Origin: a virus
Strand: one strand, 5' to 3'
DNA: 60,375 nucleotides
IMG/VR virus record: IMGVR_UViG_3300046459_000309
Coordinates: 1 to 60,375 of that record
Part shown: positions 26,800 to 35,131 of the stretch, one piece after another
Layout of the letters: each line of letters opens with the position of its first letter
How positions within the stretch are numbered: the stretch's first letter is position 1
Made by a program: the position numbers and the translations under genes
The notes under the pieces: generated by a model
What the model saw: the letters and a program-made list of their open reading frames with translations, nothing else
Told to the model about the DNA's origin: nothing
Databases searched by the model: none

Positions 26800-27540
26800 A
26801 TGCCTAGTGAGCTGGACCGTCGCCCCGATACAGGGAGCCCGGCGGCCGTTGACATCGACGACCTACCCACGCTCCAGGTAGAAGACCTGGCGGAGGAGTC
26901 GGAGGGGCAGCTCGTAGCCCGCGGGGCAGCCCTCGCGCGGGAGTATTTCAAGATCGAGGGGAAGGCAACGACCCTCCTCAAGAACCTTGCCGTGACGCAG
27001 GTTGCCTTGCGGGTCAAAATGGACGATCCGCGCGGGACATCGCACGAGTACAGGACCGTCGTGTCGGAGATGTACCGGTCACTGAACATCGCGCCTGACC
27101 GCATCGAACGAACACAGGCGTCCGTCAGGTGGCACATCAGTAACGTGCTCCGCCGCCACCTAACCCCGCGTGAGCTGGAGAAGAACAATCTCCAATCCAC
27201 GTCAGCGCTGGAGCGCATGCAGGACGCCAGGGCTGTAAACGCGATCATCGTCAAGGCGTCGAAGGTGGCGTCCGCTGTCGACAAGTCCACGCCGAAAGGG
27301 CCGGCGAAGAAGGGGCAGCCAGCCGCCCCCGAGCAGGCCGGCCAGCCAGTCAGGGCGACGGCGGACCATCTCAGGCTCGCTGAAGTGGCTGGGAACATCC
27401 TGGACAAGTTCGACCGGAACGTAATCAAGCGGGACATGACGGACGGGCAGCGGTCCGCGCTGGACAAGCAGTTGGCCGCAATGGAGCGCAAGCTAGCGTC
27501 CCTGCGGAAGCTGACACAAAAGCCCAGCTCAAAGGCGTGA
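26800..27540 (+). CDS. hypothetical protein
   Basis: Frame of ORF 26749..27540; ATG 26800 after GAGAGG; 246 aa. Confidence 0.7.
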   Translation: MPSELDRRPDTGSPAAVDIDDLPTLQVEDLAEESEGQLVARGAALAREYFKIEGKATTLLKNLAVTQVALRVKMDDPRGTSHEYRTVVSEMYRSLNIAPDRIERTQASVRWHISNVLRRHLTPRELEKNNLQSTSALERMQDARAVNAIIVKASKVASAVDKSTPKGPAKKGQPAAPEQAGQPVRATADHLRLAEVAGNILDKFDRNVIKRDMTDGQRSALDKQLAAMERKLASLRKLTQKPSSKA

Positions 27541-27588
27541 TCGTCGCCTGACGTCAGCCGGCGTCCTCCTCCGCCCCGGTCAGACTCT

Positions 27589-27693
27589 GGCCAAAAGGAC
27601 GAACTAGACCCCTATTTCTAACCTCTCCTTAAGAGCCTTGGGAAGAAGTTAGAAATAGGGGTCTAGTTTGTCATTCTGTCGCCAGACTGTCCG
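27589..27693. repeat. ~105-bp AT-rich hairpin element, copy 1 (20-24 bp stem 27603-27622 / 27648-27667)
   Basis: actagacccctatttctaac ... gttagaaataggggtctagt; flanks shared with 58701-58803. Confidence 0.85.
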
Positions 27694-27724
27694 CCGGGAC
27701 GAGGCGGGAAAATCTTGAAAGTCC

Positions 27725-27756
27725 CGTGCCACATCCTCTCTCCAGCACCCCATAAC
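27725..27756 (+). promoter_or_regulatory. bipartite promoter-like motif, copy B
   Basis: cgtgccacat-cctctctc-cagcaccccataac; ends 41 nt before ATG 27798. Confidence 0.55.
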
Positions 27757-27797
27757 TAAGTCGTAAGCAGCAACGCGAACGACGAGGTGGAGGCCCC

Positions 27798-28601
27798 ATG
27801 GCCGGAGTGAGCACGATCAAGCGCGGCGGGAGCCGCTTCTACGTAGATCCGAGTGACTCGCGCATCAAGGTGCCCGGCGTGACGAGCGTCGTGGGGATGG
27901 AGCCCAAGCCGTTCCTGGTCTTCTGGGCGGCGAATGAGGCGGCCGACGCAGCAGTTGCCAACTGGGACATCGTCAGCCAGCTCGTGGAGCGCGACCCTGC
28001 CGGCGCGAAGGACTACCTGAAGAACGCACACCGTCGCAAGTCGAAGGCGGCAAGTGATCTGGGATCGTCCGCCCACACCTACTTCGAGAAGCTGGCGCGG
28101 GGGGAGGACGTCAACCTGCGCCACGTGCACGCCGACGTACAGCCTCACGTGAAGCACTTCCGGGAGTTCCTGGACGAGATCCAGCCTGAGTTCATCCACC
28201 TGGAGGAGACCGTCTGGGACGATGACATCGCCGTAGCCGGCTCGTTCGACGCCATCGCGAAGATCGACGGTGAGACGGTGATTATCGACTGGAAGACCTC
28301 CAAGGCGGTCTACGAGTCGGTAGCTCTCCAGCTCAGTGCCTATCGCTACGCCACCCGCATCATTCTGGCGGAGAGCGGAGAGTCCATTCCGATGCCGGAG
28401 ATCACGGGCGGTGCCGTCCTCCACGTGCGTCCGGAGGCTTGGGCGTTCCACCCCATCGAGTGCGGCCGTGAGGTCCATGAGACGTTCAAGGCGCTGCGAG
28501 CGGTGTTCGAGTGGGACCGCGAGGGTAAGAAGGGCGTCGTCGGTAAGCCCATCGCGTCCGGCGGCGTCCGTCTGACGGGGACAGAGCGGAGGGCGGCATG
28601 A
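27798..28601 (+). CDS. PD-(D/E)XK exonuclease (RecB/Cas4 family)
   Basis: GSFDAIAKIDGETVIIDWKTSK...QLSAYRYA motif set. Confidence 0.8.
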   Translation: MAGVSTIKRGGSRFYVDPSDSRIKVPGVTSVVGMEPKPFLVFWAANEAADAAVANWDIVSQLVERDPAGAKDYLKNAHRRKSKAASDLGSSAHTYFEKLARGEDVNLRHVHADVQPHVKHFREFLDEIQPEFIHLEETVWDDDIAVAGSFDAIAKIDGETVIIDWKTSKAVYESVALQLSAYRYATRIILAESGESIPMPEITGGAVLHVRPEAWAFHPIECGREVHETFKALRAVFEWDREGKKGVVGKPIASGGVRLTGTERRAA

Positions 28602-29080
28602 GCGACGACCTTCGCACCCGGTACGCCGAAGCCTTGTGCGCGAATGACGGCCTGGACCGGTCGCGCATCGGCTACGGGGCACTGTGGGGCGGATACCTGG
28701 AGGCTGCTGATGCAGTCCTGAGCGTCTGCGACGACGAGCGGGAGAAGCTGCGTGTTCTCCTACGCTCCGAGAAGGAGCGAGCGGACGCCGCCATCGAGCG
28801 GGAGGAGACCGCGGATGAAGCAGCCGCGGAGATCGGACAGTACGCCCGACAGCTGGAGCGGGAGCGCGACGACTACAAGCGGGCGTACGAGATGAAGCCG
28901 GCAACCATGCGCCTGGAGGGTCCGGGCGCGGAGGAGCTTCTCAAGCGGCTCACGGACATCGAGACCTCCGCGGAGTACTGGGGTGCAACTGCCCCGGGCG
29001 GATCCCTGATCGACGACCTGAAGAACACCATCGTCAGCCAGGCGCGGGAGATCGCGCGACTCAAGGGGGAGAGCGCATGA
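28598..29080 (+). CDS. hypothetical coiled-coil protein
   Basis: ORF track; ATGA overlap upstream. Confidence 0.65.
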   Translation: MSDDLRTRYAEALCANDGLDRSRIGYGALWGGYLEAADAVLSVCDDEREKLRVLLRSEKERADAAIEREETADEAAAEIGQYARQLERERDDYKRAYEMKPATMRLEGPGAEELLKRLTDIETSAEYWGATAPGGSLIDDLKNTIVSQAREIARLKGESA

Positions 29081-29256
29081 GCATGTACGGCGATGACGTT
29101 GGCGAGCCCTACGCAGAGGGCGGCATCGTGACTCTTCCTGTCGTGGAGTTTCGGGATCCCGACTCGTGGCTTTACCCGTCGATGTCACCCGACGAAGCAC
29201 GCCTTCTGGGGCTGCGCCTGATCAAGCTGGCCGACGAAGCGGAGGAGCAGGACTGA
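29077..29256 (+). CDS. hypothetical protein (59 aa, not in ORF track)
   Basis: ATGA overlap at both ends; MSMYGDDVGEPYAEGGIVTLPVVEFRDPDSWLYPSMSPDEARLLGLRLIKLADEAEEQD. Confidence 0.5.
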   Translation: MSMYGDDVGEPYAEGGIVTLPVVEFRDPDSWLYPSMSPDEARLLGLRLIKLADEAEEQD

Positions 29257-29480
29257 TGGACCTCAACAAGCCGGCCAACGACACCAAGACCGGCGCCGCA
29301 CTGGCCGCCCTCGTGACGGCCCTGATTCTCCTACCGCTCCAGGGCTGGTTCTTCATGCTCGCCGTGGGCGTGCTCCACGGCATCGCAGCTGCCGTTCCCG
29401 CAATCGGCTACGGGGCGACGCTGCTTCTCATGATGGGCGTCGACGTCGTGGCCTTCACGGCGAAGAAGTTCCGCAAGTAG
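29256..29480 (+). CDS. membrane protein (2 TM)
   Basis: Frame of ORF 29166..29480 from ATG 29256; AALAALVTALILLPLQGWFFMLAVGVL and ATLLLMMGVDVVAF. Confidence 0.6.
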   Translation: MDLNKPANDTKTGAALAALVTALILLPLQGWFFMLAVGVLHGIAAAVPAIGYGATLLLMMGVDVVAFTAKKFRK

Positions 29481-29494
29481 CGCAAGGCACACAC

Positions 29495-29524
29495 GGGGGC
29501 GTCCACACCGGGCGCCCCCTCTTC
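29495..29524 (+). terminator. GC-rich hairpin, probable terminator
   Basis: gggggcg-loop-cgccccc then tcttc. Confidence 0.6.
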
Positions 29525-29545
29525 GGCATGCGACGAGGAGAGAGC

Positions 29546-29977
29546 ATGAGCATGTACCCGGAAGAGACGTTGGGCGAGCACGACGATGACGGCACGATGC
29601 CCGCAAACGTCGACACGTTGCGGGAGGCCGTGGTGGGCCACCGCATCGTCAGCGTGGAGAAGGGTGTTCCGACGGAGACGTGGTGGGGCGGCTCGGAGAG
29701 CGCACTTGTTATCACCCTGGACAACGGCAAGCGCGTGGAGCTTCAGGACACCAACGACTGCTGCGCCGGCACAGCGCTGGAAAGCTTCCTCCTCCACCCG
29801 GACAAGGTGGACCACATCATCACAGGCGTCGGGACCACCGACGGCTACAACACCTGGCACATCTACGCCGACATGGGCGACGTCCTGAAGCTGGAGGTGG
29901 GTTGGAGCTGCGGGAACCCCTTCTACTACGGCTACGGCTTCAACATCACCGTCAAGGACCTGGAGGCCGCAGCATGA
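29546..29977 (+). CDS. hypothetical protein
   Basis: Frame of ORF 29528..29977; ATG 29546 after AGGAGAGAGC. Confidence 0.7.
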   Translation: MSMYPEETLGEHDDDGTMPANVDTLREAVVGHRIVSVEKGVPTETWWGGSESALVITLDNGKRVELQDTNDCCAGTALESFLLHPDKVDHIITGVGTTDGYNTWHIYADMGDVLKLEVGWSCGNPFYYGYGFNITVKDLEAAA

Positions 29978-30570
29978 GCGACTTCAACCCCGACTTCCGC
30001 GAGTGGCCCAAGACCCCACGTCTCTTCCGGGACATCGTGATCACGGAGAAGCTCGACGGCACGAACGCCGGCCTCCACATCAGCGAGGACGGCCAGGTCG
30101 TTGCGCAGTCCCGGAAGCGGATCATCACGCCGGACAGCGACAACTACGGCTTCGCCCGATGGGCGGCCGACAACGCCGACGAGCTGGCGCACATCCTCGG
30201 CCCTGGACTTCACTTCGGCGAGTGGTGGGGGCAGGGGATCCAGCGGCGCTACGGGCTGGAGCAGAAGGTGTTCAGCCTCTTCAACACTGAGCGCTGGTAC
30301 AAGAACGATGGCGCCGACACCTCGAAGGAGACGCGCGCCGATCAGTCGTCGCTCGTGGATCAGATCGACGTCGTGCCGGTTCTGTACCAGGGCCCGTTCA
30401 GCGACGAGCAGATCACGAGTGCTCTCCGTGACCTGCAGCAGGACGGTTCCTACGCCGCCCCTGGCTTCATGAACCCCGAAGGCATTTGCGTGTACCACTC
30501 GCAGACCCGCAGCGTCTTCAAGGTGACGCTGGACGCGAACGACGCCGGCAAGTGGGAGGCCGCAGCATGA
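29974..30570 (+). CDS. ATP-dependent RNA ligase (Rnl2-type nucleotidyltransferase)
   Basis: Frame of ORF 29680..30570; ATGA overlap; motif I EKLDGTN, FGEWWG (III), FSLFN (IV), PEGICVY...FKV (V). Confidence 0.75.
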   Translation: MSDFNPDFREWPKTPRLFRDIVITEKLDGTNAGLHISEDGQVVAQSRKRIITPDSDNYGFARWAADNADELAHILGPGLHFGEWWGQGIQRRYGLEQKVFSLFNTERWYKNDGADTSKETRADQSSLVDQIDVVPVLYQGPFSDEQITSALRDLQQDGSYAAPGFMNPEGICVYHSQTRSVFKVTLDANDAGKWEAAA

Positions 30571-30665
30571 GACACACCCTGAGCGCCACCGAGGAAGACA
30601 TGCGCAGCCCCGACTGGTGCTGGACGCACGGCTGCCACAAGTCCGGCTGCCCGCAACCGCACTGA
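30567..30665 (+). CDS. Cys/His-rich micro-ORF (32 aa, not in ORF track)
   Basis: ATGA overlap; MRHTLSATEEDMRSPDWCWTHGCHKSGCPQPH. Confidence 0.35.
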   Translation: MRHTLSATEEDMRSPDWCWTHGCHKSGCPQPH

Positions 30666-30674
30666 GGAGGACTG

Positions 30675-30863
30675 ATGAACCTCGGAGAGCACGCAGCCGC
30701 TATCGAAGCGGCGATCAAGGCAGCAGCTGACGACGGCTATGAGCTGGACAACGGCCAGGGAGATCCCGTCCACATGGAACTGAACCGGGTCACGGCTGAC
30801 CGGATCCTCTGCGGCGTCCCGGCGCCGGTTCCGATCCCCGCGCCGACGACGTACGTCTACTAG
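30675..30863 (+). CDS. hypothetical protein
   Basis: ORF track; SD GAGGAGGA. Confidence 0.6.
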   Translation: MNLGEHAAAIEAAIKAAADDGYELDNGQGDPVHMELNRVTADRILCGVPAPVPIPAPTTYVY

Positions 30864-30883
30864 CTCCGCAAGTCGACTCACGC
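30864..30883. promoter_or_regulatory. GTCGAC palindrome, copy 4 (ctccgcaagtcgactcacgc), starts right after the TAG stop
   Basis: tagctccgcaagtcgactcacg is identical to the 22-mer at 48113-48134. Confidence 0.65.
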
Positions 30884-30891
30884 ACCACCAC

Positions 30892-30920
30892 AGCCCCCGG
30901 TTGCTTCGGCGCCGGGGGCT
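30892..30920 (+). terminator. GC hairpin (agcccccgg...ccgggggct) followed by the shared tail gagtgcgt
   Basis: ccgggggctgagtgcgt also occurs at 39470-39486 after another hairpin. Confidence 0.55.
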
Positions 30921-30951
30921 GAGTGCGTGTAACCACAAGGAGGAGAGAGCC

Positions 30952-31560
30952 ATGGTCGATCTCTGGGGCAAGGTCCACACGCTGAACCAGCAGCTGGCGA
31001 CGTCTGGGCGCGAAGGTCTCGTGTTCACGGCGCGCCACAAGAAGCCGTGTTCGGACGATCTCGTCGTCACGGCGTTCCATCCGACGACCGGGGGGTCTCG
31101 GTCGTTCCTGATGTTTCGTTCGGAGGCGGAGGAGCTTCACGCCGCACTCGGTAGATGGCTGGCCGAAGGATGGGCTGGCTTTGTCGACGGCGCTCCGGGG
31201 CCAGGGGGCGGTTACCGGGAGACATCGAAGCCCGTCACCACTGACGCCCGGTCGTGGATTGACGCGTACGAGGAGCGGCGCCGTCTGTCGGAAGAGGGAC
31301 AGAGGCGCATCGAGGAGAAGCACGCTGGCACCTACGCCGGCTGGACTCATGACGAACTCGTCGCGGAGCTGCGGCTCATGAAGTACGCGGTCGACAACGC
31401 GAAGCGCGGTGAGCAGAACTGGCGCGCAGCGATGGAGCGAGACAGGGCCGGATTCCGAGCCACCATCGGGCGCCTTCGTGACGTTCTGAAGGGCCGCAAG
31501 ACGGCCTCCGTCGACGAACTGAGTGCCGCACTGAAGGACCCCACGGACGAGGAGAACTGA
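30952..31560 (+). CDS. hypothetical protein
   Basis: Frame of ORF 30901..31560; ATG 30952 after AAGGAGGAGAGAGCC. Confidence 0.7.
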   Translation: MVDLWGKVHTLNQQLATSGREGLVFTARHKKPCSDDLVVTAFHPTTGGSRSFLMFRSEAEELHAALGRWLAEGWAGFVDGAPGPGGGYRETSKPVTTDARSWIDAYEERRRLSEEGQRRIEEKHAGTYAGWTHDELVAELRLMKYAVDNAKRGEQNWRAAMERDRAGFRATIGRLRDVLKGRKTASVDELSAALKDPTDEEN

Positions 31561-31562
31561 CC

Positions 31563-31739
31563 ATGAAGCACACACCCACCACCATCCACACCGCCGACGG
31601 TTCGCAGGTCACCATCCGCCGGCGCGGGATCGCGTTCGATCTCGAAACCCGCAACGCTCGGGGCGAGACGATCTCGACGGTCGTCATGAACTCCGACGAC
31701 ATGGGGCGGCTCATGGAAGAGATGAGGCGTGCGGCATGA
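31563..31739 (+). CDS. hypothetical protein (58 aa, not in ORF track)
   Basis: MKHTPTTIHTADGSQVTIRRRGIAFDLETRNARGETISTVVMNSDDMGRLMEEMRRAA; ATGA overlap downstream. Confidence 0.5.
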   Translation: MKHTPTTIHTADGSQVTIRRRGIAFDLETRNARGETISTVVMNSDDMGRLMEEMRRAA

Positions 31740-32029
31740 GCGCCCGCGAGGAGCTGTTCGAGTCCCTGACCCCCACGTACCGCGCTCAGTTCGCGCCCGG
31801 AGAAGAGGACTCCGTGAACGCACTGCTGGACGCCTATCGGGACGAGGTGCTGCGCGAAGCGGCGGAGCAGATCCGGGAGGCGTGCATCGGTATGTACCCC
31901 CATGGCCTGTGCCCTGCTGTGTCCACGGGGAAGGGGGCGGCGAACCTGATCGACCCCCGGACTGACACGTCGTACCTCAATGCCGTCATCGAGAGCAGTC
32001 GCGAAGCCTGGAAGGAGGCACGTCGATGA
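31736..32029 (+). CDS. hypothetical protein
   Basis: ORF track; overlapping start/stop. Confidence 0.65.
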   Translation: MSAREELFESLTPTYRAQFAPGEEDSVNALLDAYRDEVLREAAEQIREACIGMYPHGLCPAVSTGKGAANLIDPRTDTSYLNAVIESSREAWKEARR

Positions 32030-32283
32030 GCGCGCGAGACGAACTCCTGTCGTACATCGGGGGGTTGAACTACTCGATCTGCAGTGAGCGGTGCGTGGCC
32101 TGCAACTGCGCAGAGTCCGACGCGAAGGAGGCCAGCCAGATGGTTGACGACTTCGCGCACGAGCTGGCGGAGCAGATCCGCACGGAGGTCGCGCCCATCG
32201 CTGTCTTCCGATCGGAGGATATGCGCGCACTGGTCAAGTACGGCCGACGTCTGGCGAACCTGATCGATCCGGAGGTGCCCTGA
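32026..32283 (+). CDS. hypothetical protein
   Basis: ORF track; ATGA overlap. Confidence 0.65.
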   Translation: MSARDELLSYIGGLNYSICSERCVACNCAESDAKEASQMVDDFAHELAEQIRTEVAPIAVFRSEDMRALVKYGRRLANLIDPEVP

Positions 32284-32471
32284 TGACCAACTACGGACCG
32301 ACCCCCATCGACCTCATTCACGACAGCTCCGCGGCCCGCGACTACAAATCGGCTGCCGGGTGGCTCTGGTACGCGCTGCGGAACGCAGGGGTGCCGGACG
32401 AGCAGATCGCCAACGGTCTGATCACGTACGAGGACTCCATCCGTCGGCTGATTTCGGAAGGGCGGCTCTGA
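32283..32471 (+). CDS. hypothetical protein
   Basis: ORF track; TGATG overlap. Confidence 0.6.
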   Translation: MTNYGPTPIDLIHDSSAARDYKSAAGWLWYALRNAGVPDEQIANGLITYEDSIRRLISEGRL

Positions 32472-32656
32472 TGGCAACCATCGACGCCGGCGAGCCGTCG
32501 CCCGAAGCGATCGAGACCGAACGCCAGATGGCGCGCCTGGACCTCTTCCGCCAGGCGCACGGCCTCGTCACTGACCTGGAATGGGGCGAGGCGATCAGCG
32601 TCTATGACGTGCTCAAGGTGGCGCGATTCCTTGAGGAGAAGGAGGAGGAGAGCTGA
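32471..32656 (+). CDS. hypothetical protein
   Basis: Frame of ORF 32360..32656 from ATG 32471 (TGATG overlap). Confidence 0.55.
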   Translation: MATIDAGEPSPEAIETERQMARLDLFRQAHGLVTDLEWGEAISVYDVLKVARFLEEKEEES

Positions 32657-33153
32657 TGAAGGACGCACTTTGGGACGGCGTACTCAGCGTCGTGGATGGA
32701 CTGAGTGAGACCGAACGGGGGCACTTCAGCTCACGGGACATCGCGCACTACAGCGACGACGAGCAGACCGTCACCTGTCAGATGCAGATGGGCCAGGACG
32801 ACGGCACGTCGCAGGTGTACGACATCACCGTGTCCGTGAAGGTCCGTGAGGACAGCGCCGATTGGTTCTGGACCGGGGAGGGCGCGGCTCTCCCGGGCAG
32901 CGTTGCCGAGCCGAGACGCGTAGTTGTCGACGGGAAGCACTACGTCATCGGAAGCGGCGGGAACGGTGGGTTCGGCGGCCGGCGCTTCGACATCGAGTTC
33001 TTCGACGGTCGCAGGGTTACCACTCACGACCTCTGGTCGCAGGGCACCATCCCGCCGAAGCACCGGAAGCGCTACCCGGACAACGCACGCTTCGCCCCGC
33101 AACCGGAGCGGTCGCGGTTCACGGCGTTCGAGAGCTTCCAGGGGGAGAACTGA
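32656..33153 (+). CDS. hypothetical protein
   Basis: ORF track; TGATG overlap. Confidence 0.7.
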   Translation: MKDALWDGVLSVVDGLSETERGHFSSRDIAHYSDDEQTVTCQMQMGQDDGTSQVYDITVSVKVREDSADWFWTGEGAALPGSVAEPRRVVVDGKHYVIGSGGNGGFGGRRFDIEFFDGRRVTTHDLWSQGTIPPKHRKRYPDNARFAPQPERSRFTAFESFQGEN

Positions 33154-33311
33154 TGGCAGTCATCAAGTCCACAGGCACCGTCGACGTGGAGCTGACGCTC
33201 GCGGAGCTGGAACTCATCCGCCGCGCGCTGCGGTTGGTCGACAACTACGGACCGACCGACGACGAGCGCCCCGCCCGCGCGCTCCTGGCGGACCTGGAGG
33301 TGACCGCATGA
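33153..33311 (+). CDS. hypothetical protein (52 aa)
   Basis: Frame of ORF 32862..33311 from ATG 33153 (TGATG overlap). Confidence 0.5.
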   Translation: MAVIKSTGTVDVELTLAELELIRRALRLVDNYGPTDDERPARALLADLEVTA

Positions 33312-33487
33312 GCTACGCAGACCCGCACGGCCTGAAGACACGGGCCGTCGCATTCGCCGTCCGAGCCGGACATACCGACGACATGGCGCACCGCTTCCTG
33401 GAGCGGCTGTGTGACGCCGGACTGTTGGGCCAGCCGCGCCAGTTCGGCCCATTCCTGGCGCAGATGATGAAGGAGGCAACCGCATGA
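33308..33487 (+). CDS. hypothetical protein (59 aa)
   Basis: Frame of ORF 32924..33487 from ATG 33308 (ATGA overlap). Confidence 0.5.
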   Translation: MSYADPHGLKTRAVAFAVRAGHTDDMAHRFLERLCDAGLLGQPRQFGPFLAQMMKEATA

Positions 33488-33783
33488 GCATGGCCGATCT
33501 CGTCGCAGCCGGCGCACCGGAGCTGCCGGAAGGGTGGTTCTACCGAATCAAGGACGACAGCATGGGGTGTCTTGAAGTGGAGGTTCGCGAGCGCCGGAAG
33601 CGTTTTGGCTCTCGGCGGTTGAGCGCCGCCCTCGTCCGCGAAGATGAGCCGAACGGCCAGCGGGCTGTGGTATCAGCGTGCCGTAATGCCGTGCGCCATC
33701 TCGAAGCTCAGAAGGATCACGCGCGCCGGTACCGGCAGGCGTCCTTGTTCCTCGGAGACCACGACCCGCGGGGAGGCCGCTGA
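33484..33783 (+). CDS. hypothetical protein
   Basis: ORF track; ATGA overlap. Confidence 0.65.
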   Translation: MSMADLVAAGAPELPEGWFYRIKDDSMGCLEVEVRERRKRFGSRRLSAALVREDEPNGQRAVVSACRNAVRHLEAQKDHARRYRQASLFLGDHDPRGGR

Positions 33784-33784
33784 G

Positions 33785-33997
33785 ATGTTCGGATCCAAGA
33801 CACCCACCGTCGACGAGCAGCGCGAAACGTTCACGGCCGGACTTATGGCGCACCGTGCGGCGTACATCGAACCACTGCTGGATACGGCCGACGGCATGCG
33901 GCTGGACCTGACCGCCCGTGGGTGGTCCCCGCTCGTCGTGGAACACCTGGCCGGCCAGTGGCTCGCGGCAATGCTGGCGAAGGTGGGGGCAGCGTGA
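33785..33997 (+). CDS. hypothetical protein (70 aa)
   Basis: Frame of ORF 33644..33997 from ATG 33785. Confidence 0.55.
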   Translation: MFGSKTPTVDEQRETFTAGLMAHRAAYIEPLLDTADGMRLDLTARGWSPLVVEHLAGQWLAAMLAKVGAA

Positions 33998-34407
33998 ACA
34001 CCGCAAAGGATGCGCGAGGCGTCGACATCACCGAAGGGGCGTTGTGCATCTACGGCGCCCCGGTGGGACGCTCCATCGCGCTCGTGGAAGGCGTCATCGA
34101 CGGCTTCACGGCGTCGGGACGTGTGTGGGTGAAGGTCGTCAGGCGGGCGTACGGAGGTGGTTGGGAGGGCGGTAAGGACCGGGTTCACGTCGGACCGGAC
34201 CGCCTCGTCATCGTCGACGCGCTGCCGGACTGCACCCTGCCGACGGATGCTGAGACCCGGGAGGAGAGCCGCCAGGAGAACATCGCGCACTACAGGGAGC
34301 GCATCGCCGAACTGGAGGCCGGCGGGGAGGTGCCCAGCTATCTGGGCACGCGTGACGAGGCGCTGGTGTGGTATCGGGAGCGGCTTGCTGATCGGGGGGC
34401 CGTATGA
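33994..34407 (+). CDS. hypothetical protein
   Basis: Frame of ORF 33922..34407 from GTG 33994 (GTGA overlap). Confidence 0.6.
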   Translation: MNTAKDARGVDITEGALCIYGAPVGRSIALVEGVIDGFTASGRVWVKVVRRAYGGGWEGGKDRVHVGPDRLVIVDALPDCTLPTDAETREESRQENIAHYRERIAELEAGGEVPSYLGTRDEALVWYRERLADRGAV

Positions 34408-34790
34408 GCACCCTGCTCTGTACCGGCTGCCGACGCCACAAGGCGCGGACCTACTTCCGCGAGACTCCTTGGCACGGGCGAGCGGCAGCATGCATCCGTT
34501 GCGAGACCTTCCCCGGTCCTGCTGGCCGCTCGCTCTGGCAGCTCGACTACGACGCCCGCACGCAGTGGCAGTTGGAGCAGACGCGCCAGAAGTTGCGTGC
34601 GTATCAGCGCTACGCGCAGGCACTCCGACTACAGCGACTCCTGTCGCCGGGGCCATCCAGCGCTGACGCCTTCAGGGCCTACGAGCAGCCCTATGCGGAC
34701 GCTGTGGAGCGCCACCGGCAGAGATGGACATCGGCGCTCTCCTGGGCGCTCAGCAAGGCACACACGCTTTCAGGGGAGGACTTCAAGTGA
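34404..34790 (+). CDS. hypothetical protein with N-terminal CxxC...CxxC
   Basis: ORF track; LCTGCRRH...ACIRCE. Confidence 0.65.
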   Translation: MSTLLCTGCRRHKARTYFRETPWHGRAAACIRCETFPGPAGRSLWQLDYDARTQWQLEQTRQKLRAYQRYAQALRLQRLLSPGPSSADAFRAYEQPYADAVERHRQRWTSALSWALSKAHTLSGEDFK

Positions 34791-35131
34791 GCCGCATCAA
34801 CATCCAAGCGCGGTACGTTCTGGCCTACACCGTGGGTCTGTACCACGGACAGGTCGAGGTGGTGACGAAGGACATCGGCGCCACCATCGGCACGGAGATC
34901 CTGGACGAGAACGGTGTTCGGATCTGCGCCTACCGTCCGGGCACGCGGCACCCGTCGACGGCGGAGGGGTGCGCGGAGGAGCACCTCCGGCAGGCGCTGG
35001 AACTCATGCTGGCCAACTACGCCGCCTCTAAGCACCCGATGAGCCGCGAGGTGGCTGACCGACTCCGCGAAGTCGTGGCCGACGAACAGCCGTGGAATCC
35101 CGACGAGGAGGAGGCGGACCCGTGGCTGTGA
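34787..35131 (+). CDS. hypothetical protein
   Basis: Frame of ORF 34724..35131 from GTG 34787 (GTGA overlap). Confidence 0.6.
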   Translation: MSRINIQARYVLAYTVGLYHGQVEVVTKDIGATIGTEILDENGVRICAYRPGTRHPSTAEGCAEEHLRQALELMLANYAASKHPMSREVADRLREVVADEQPWNPDEEEADPWL

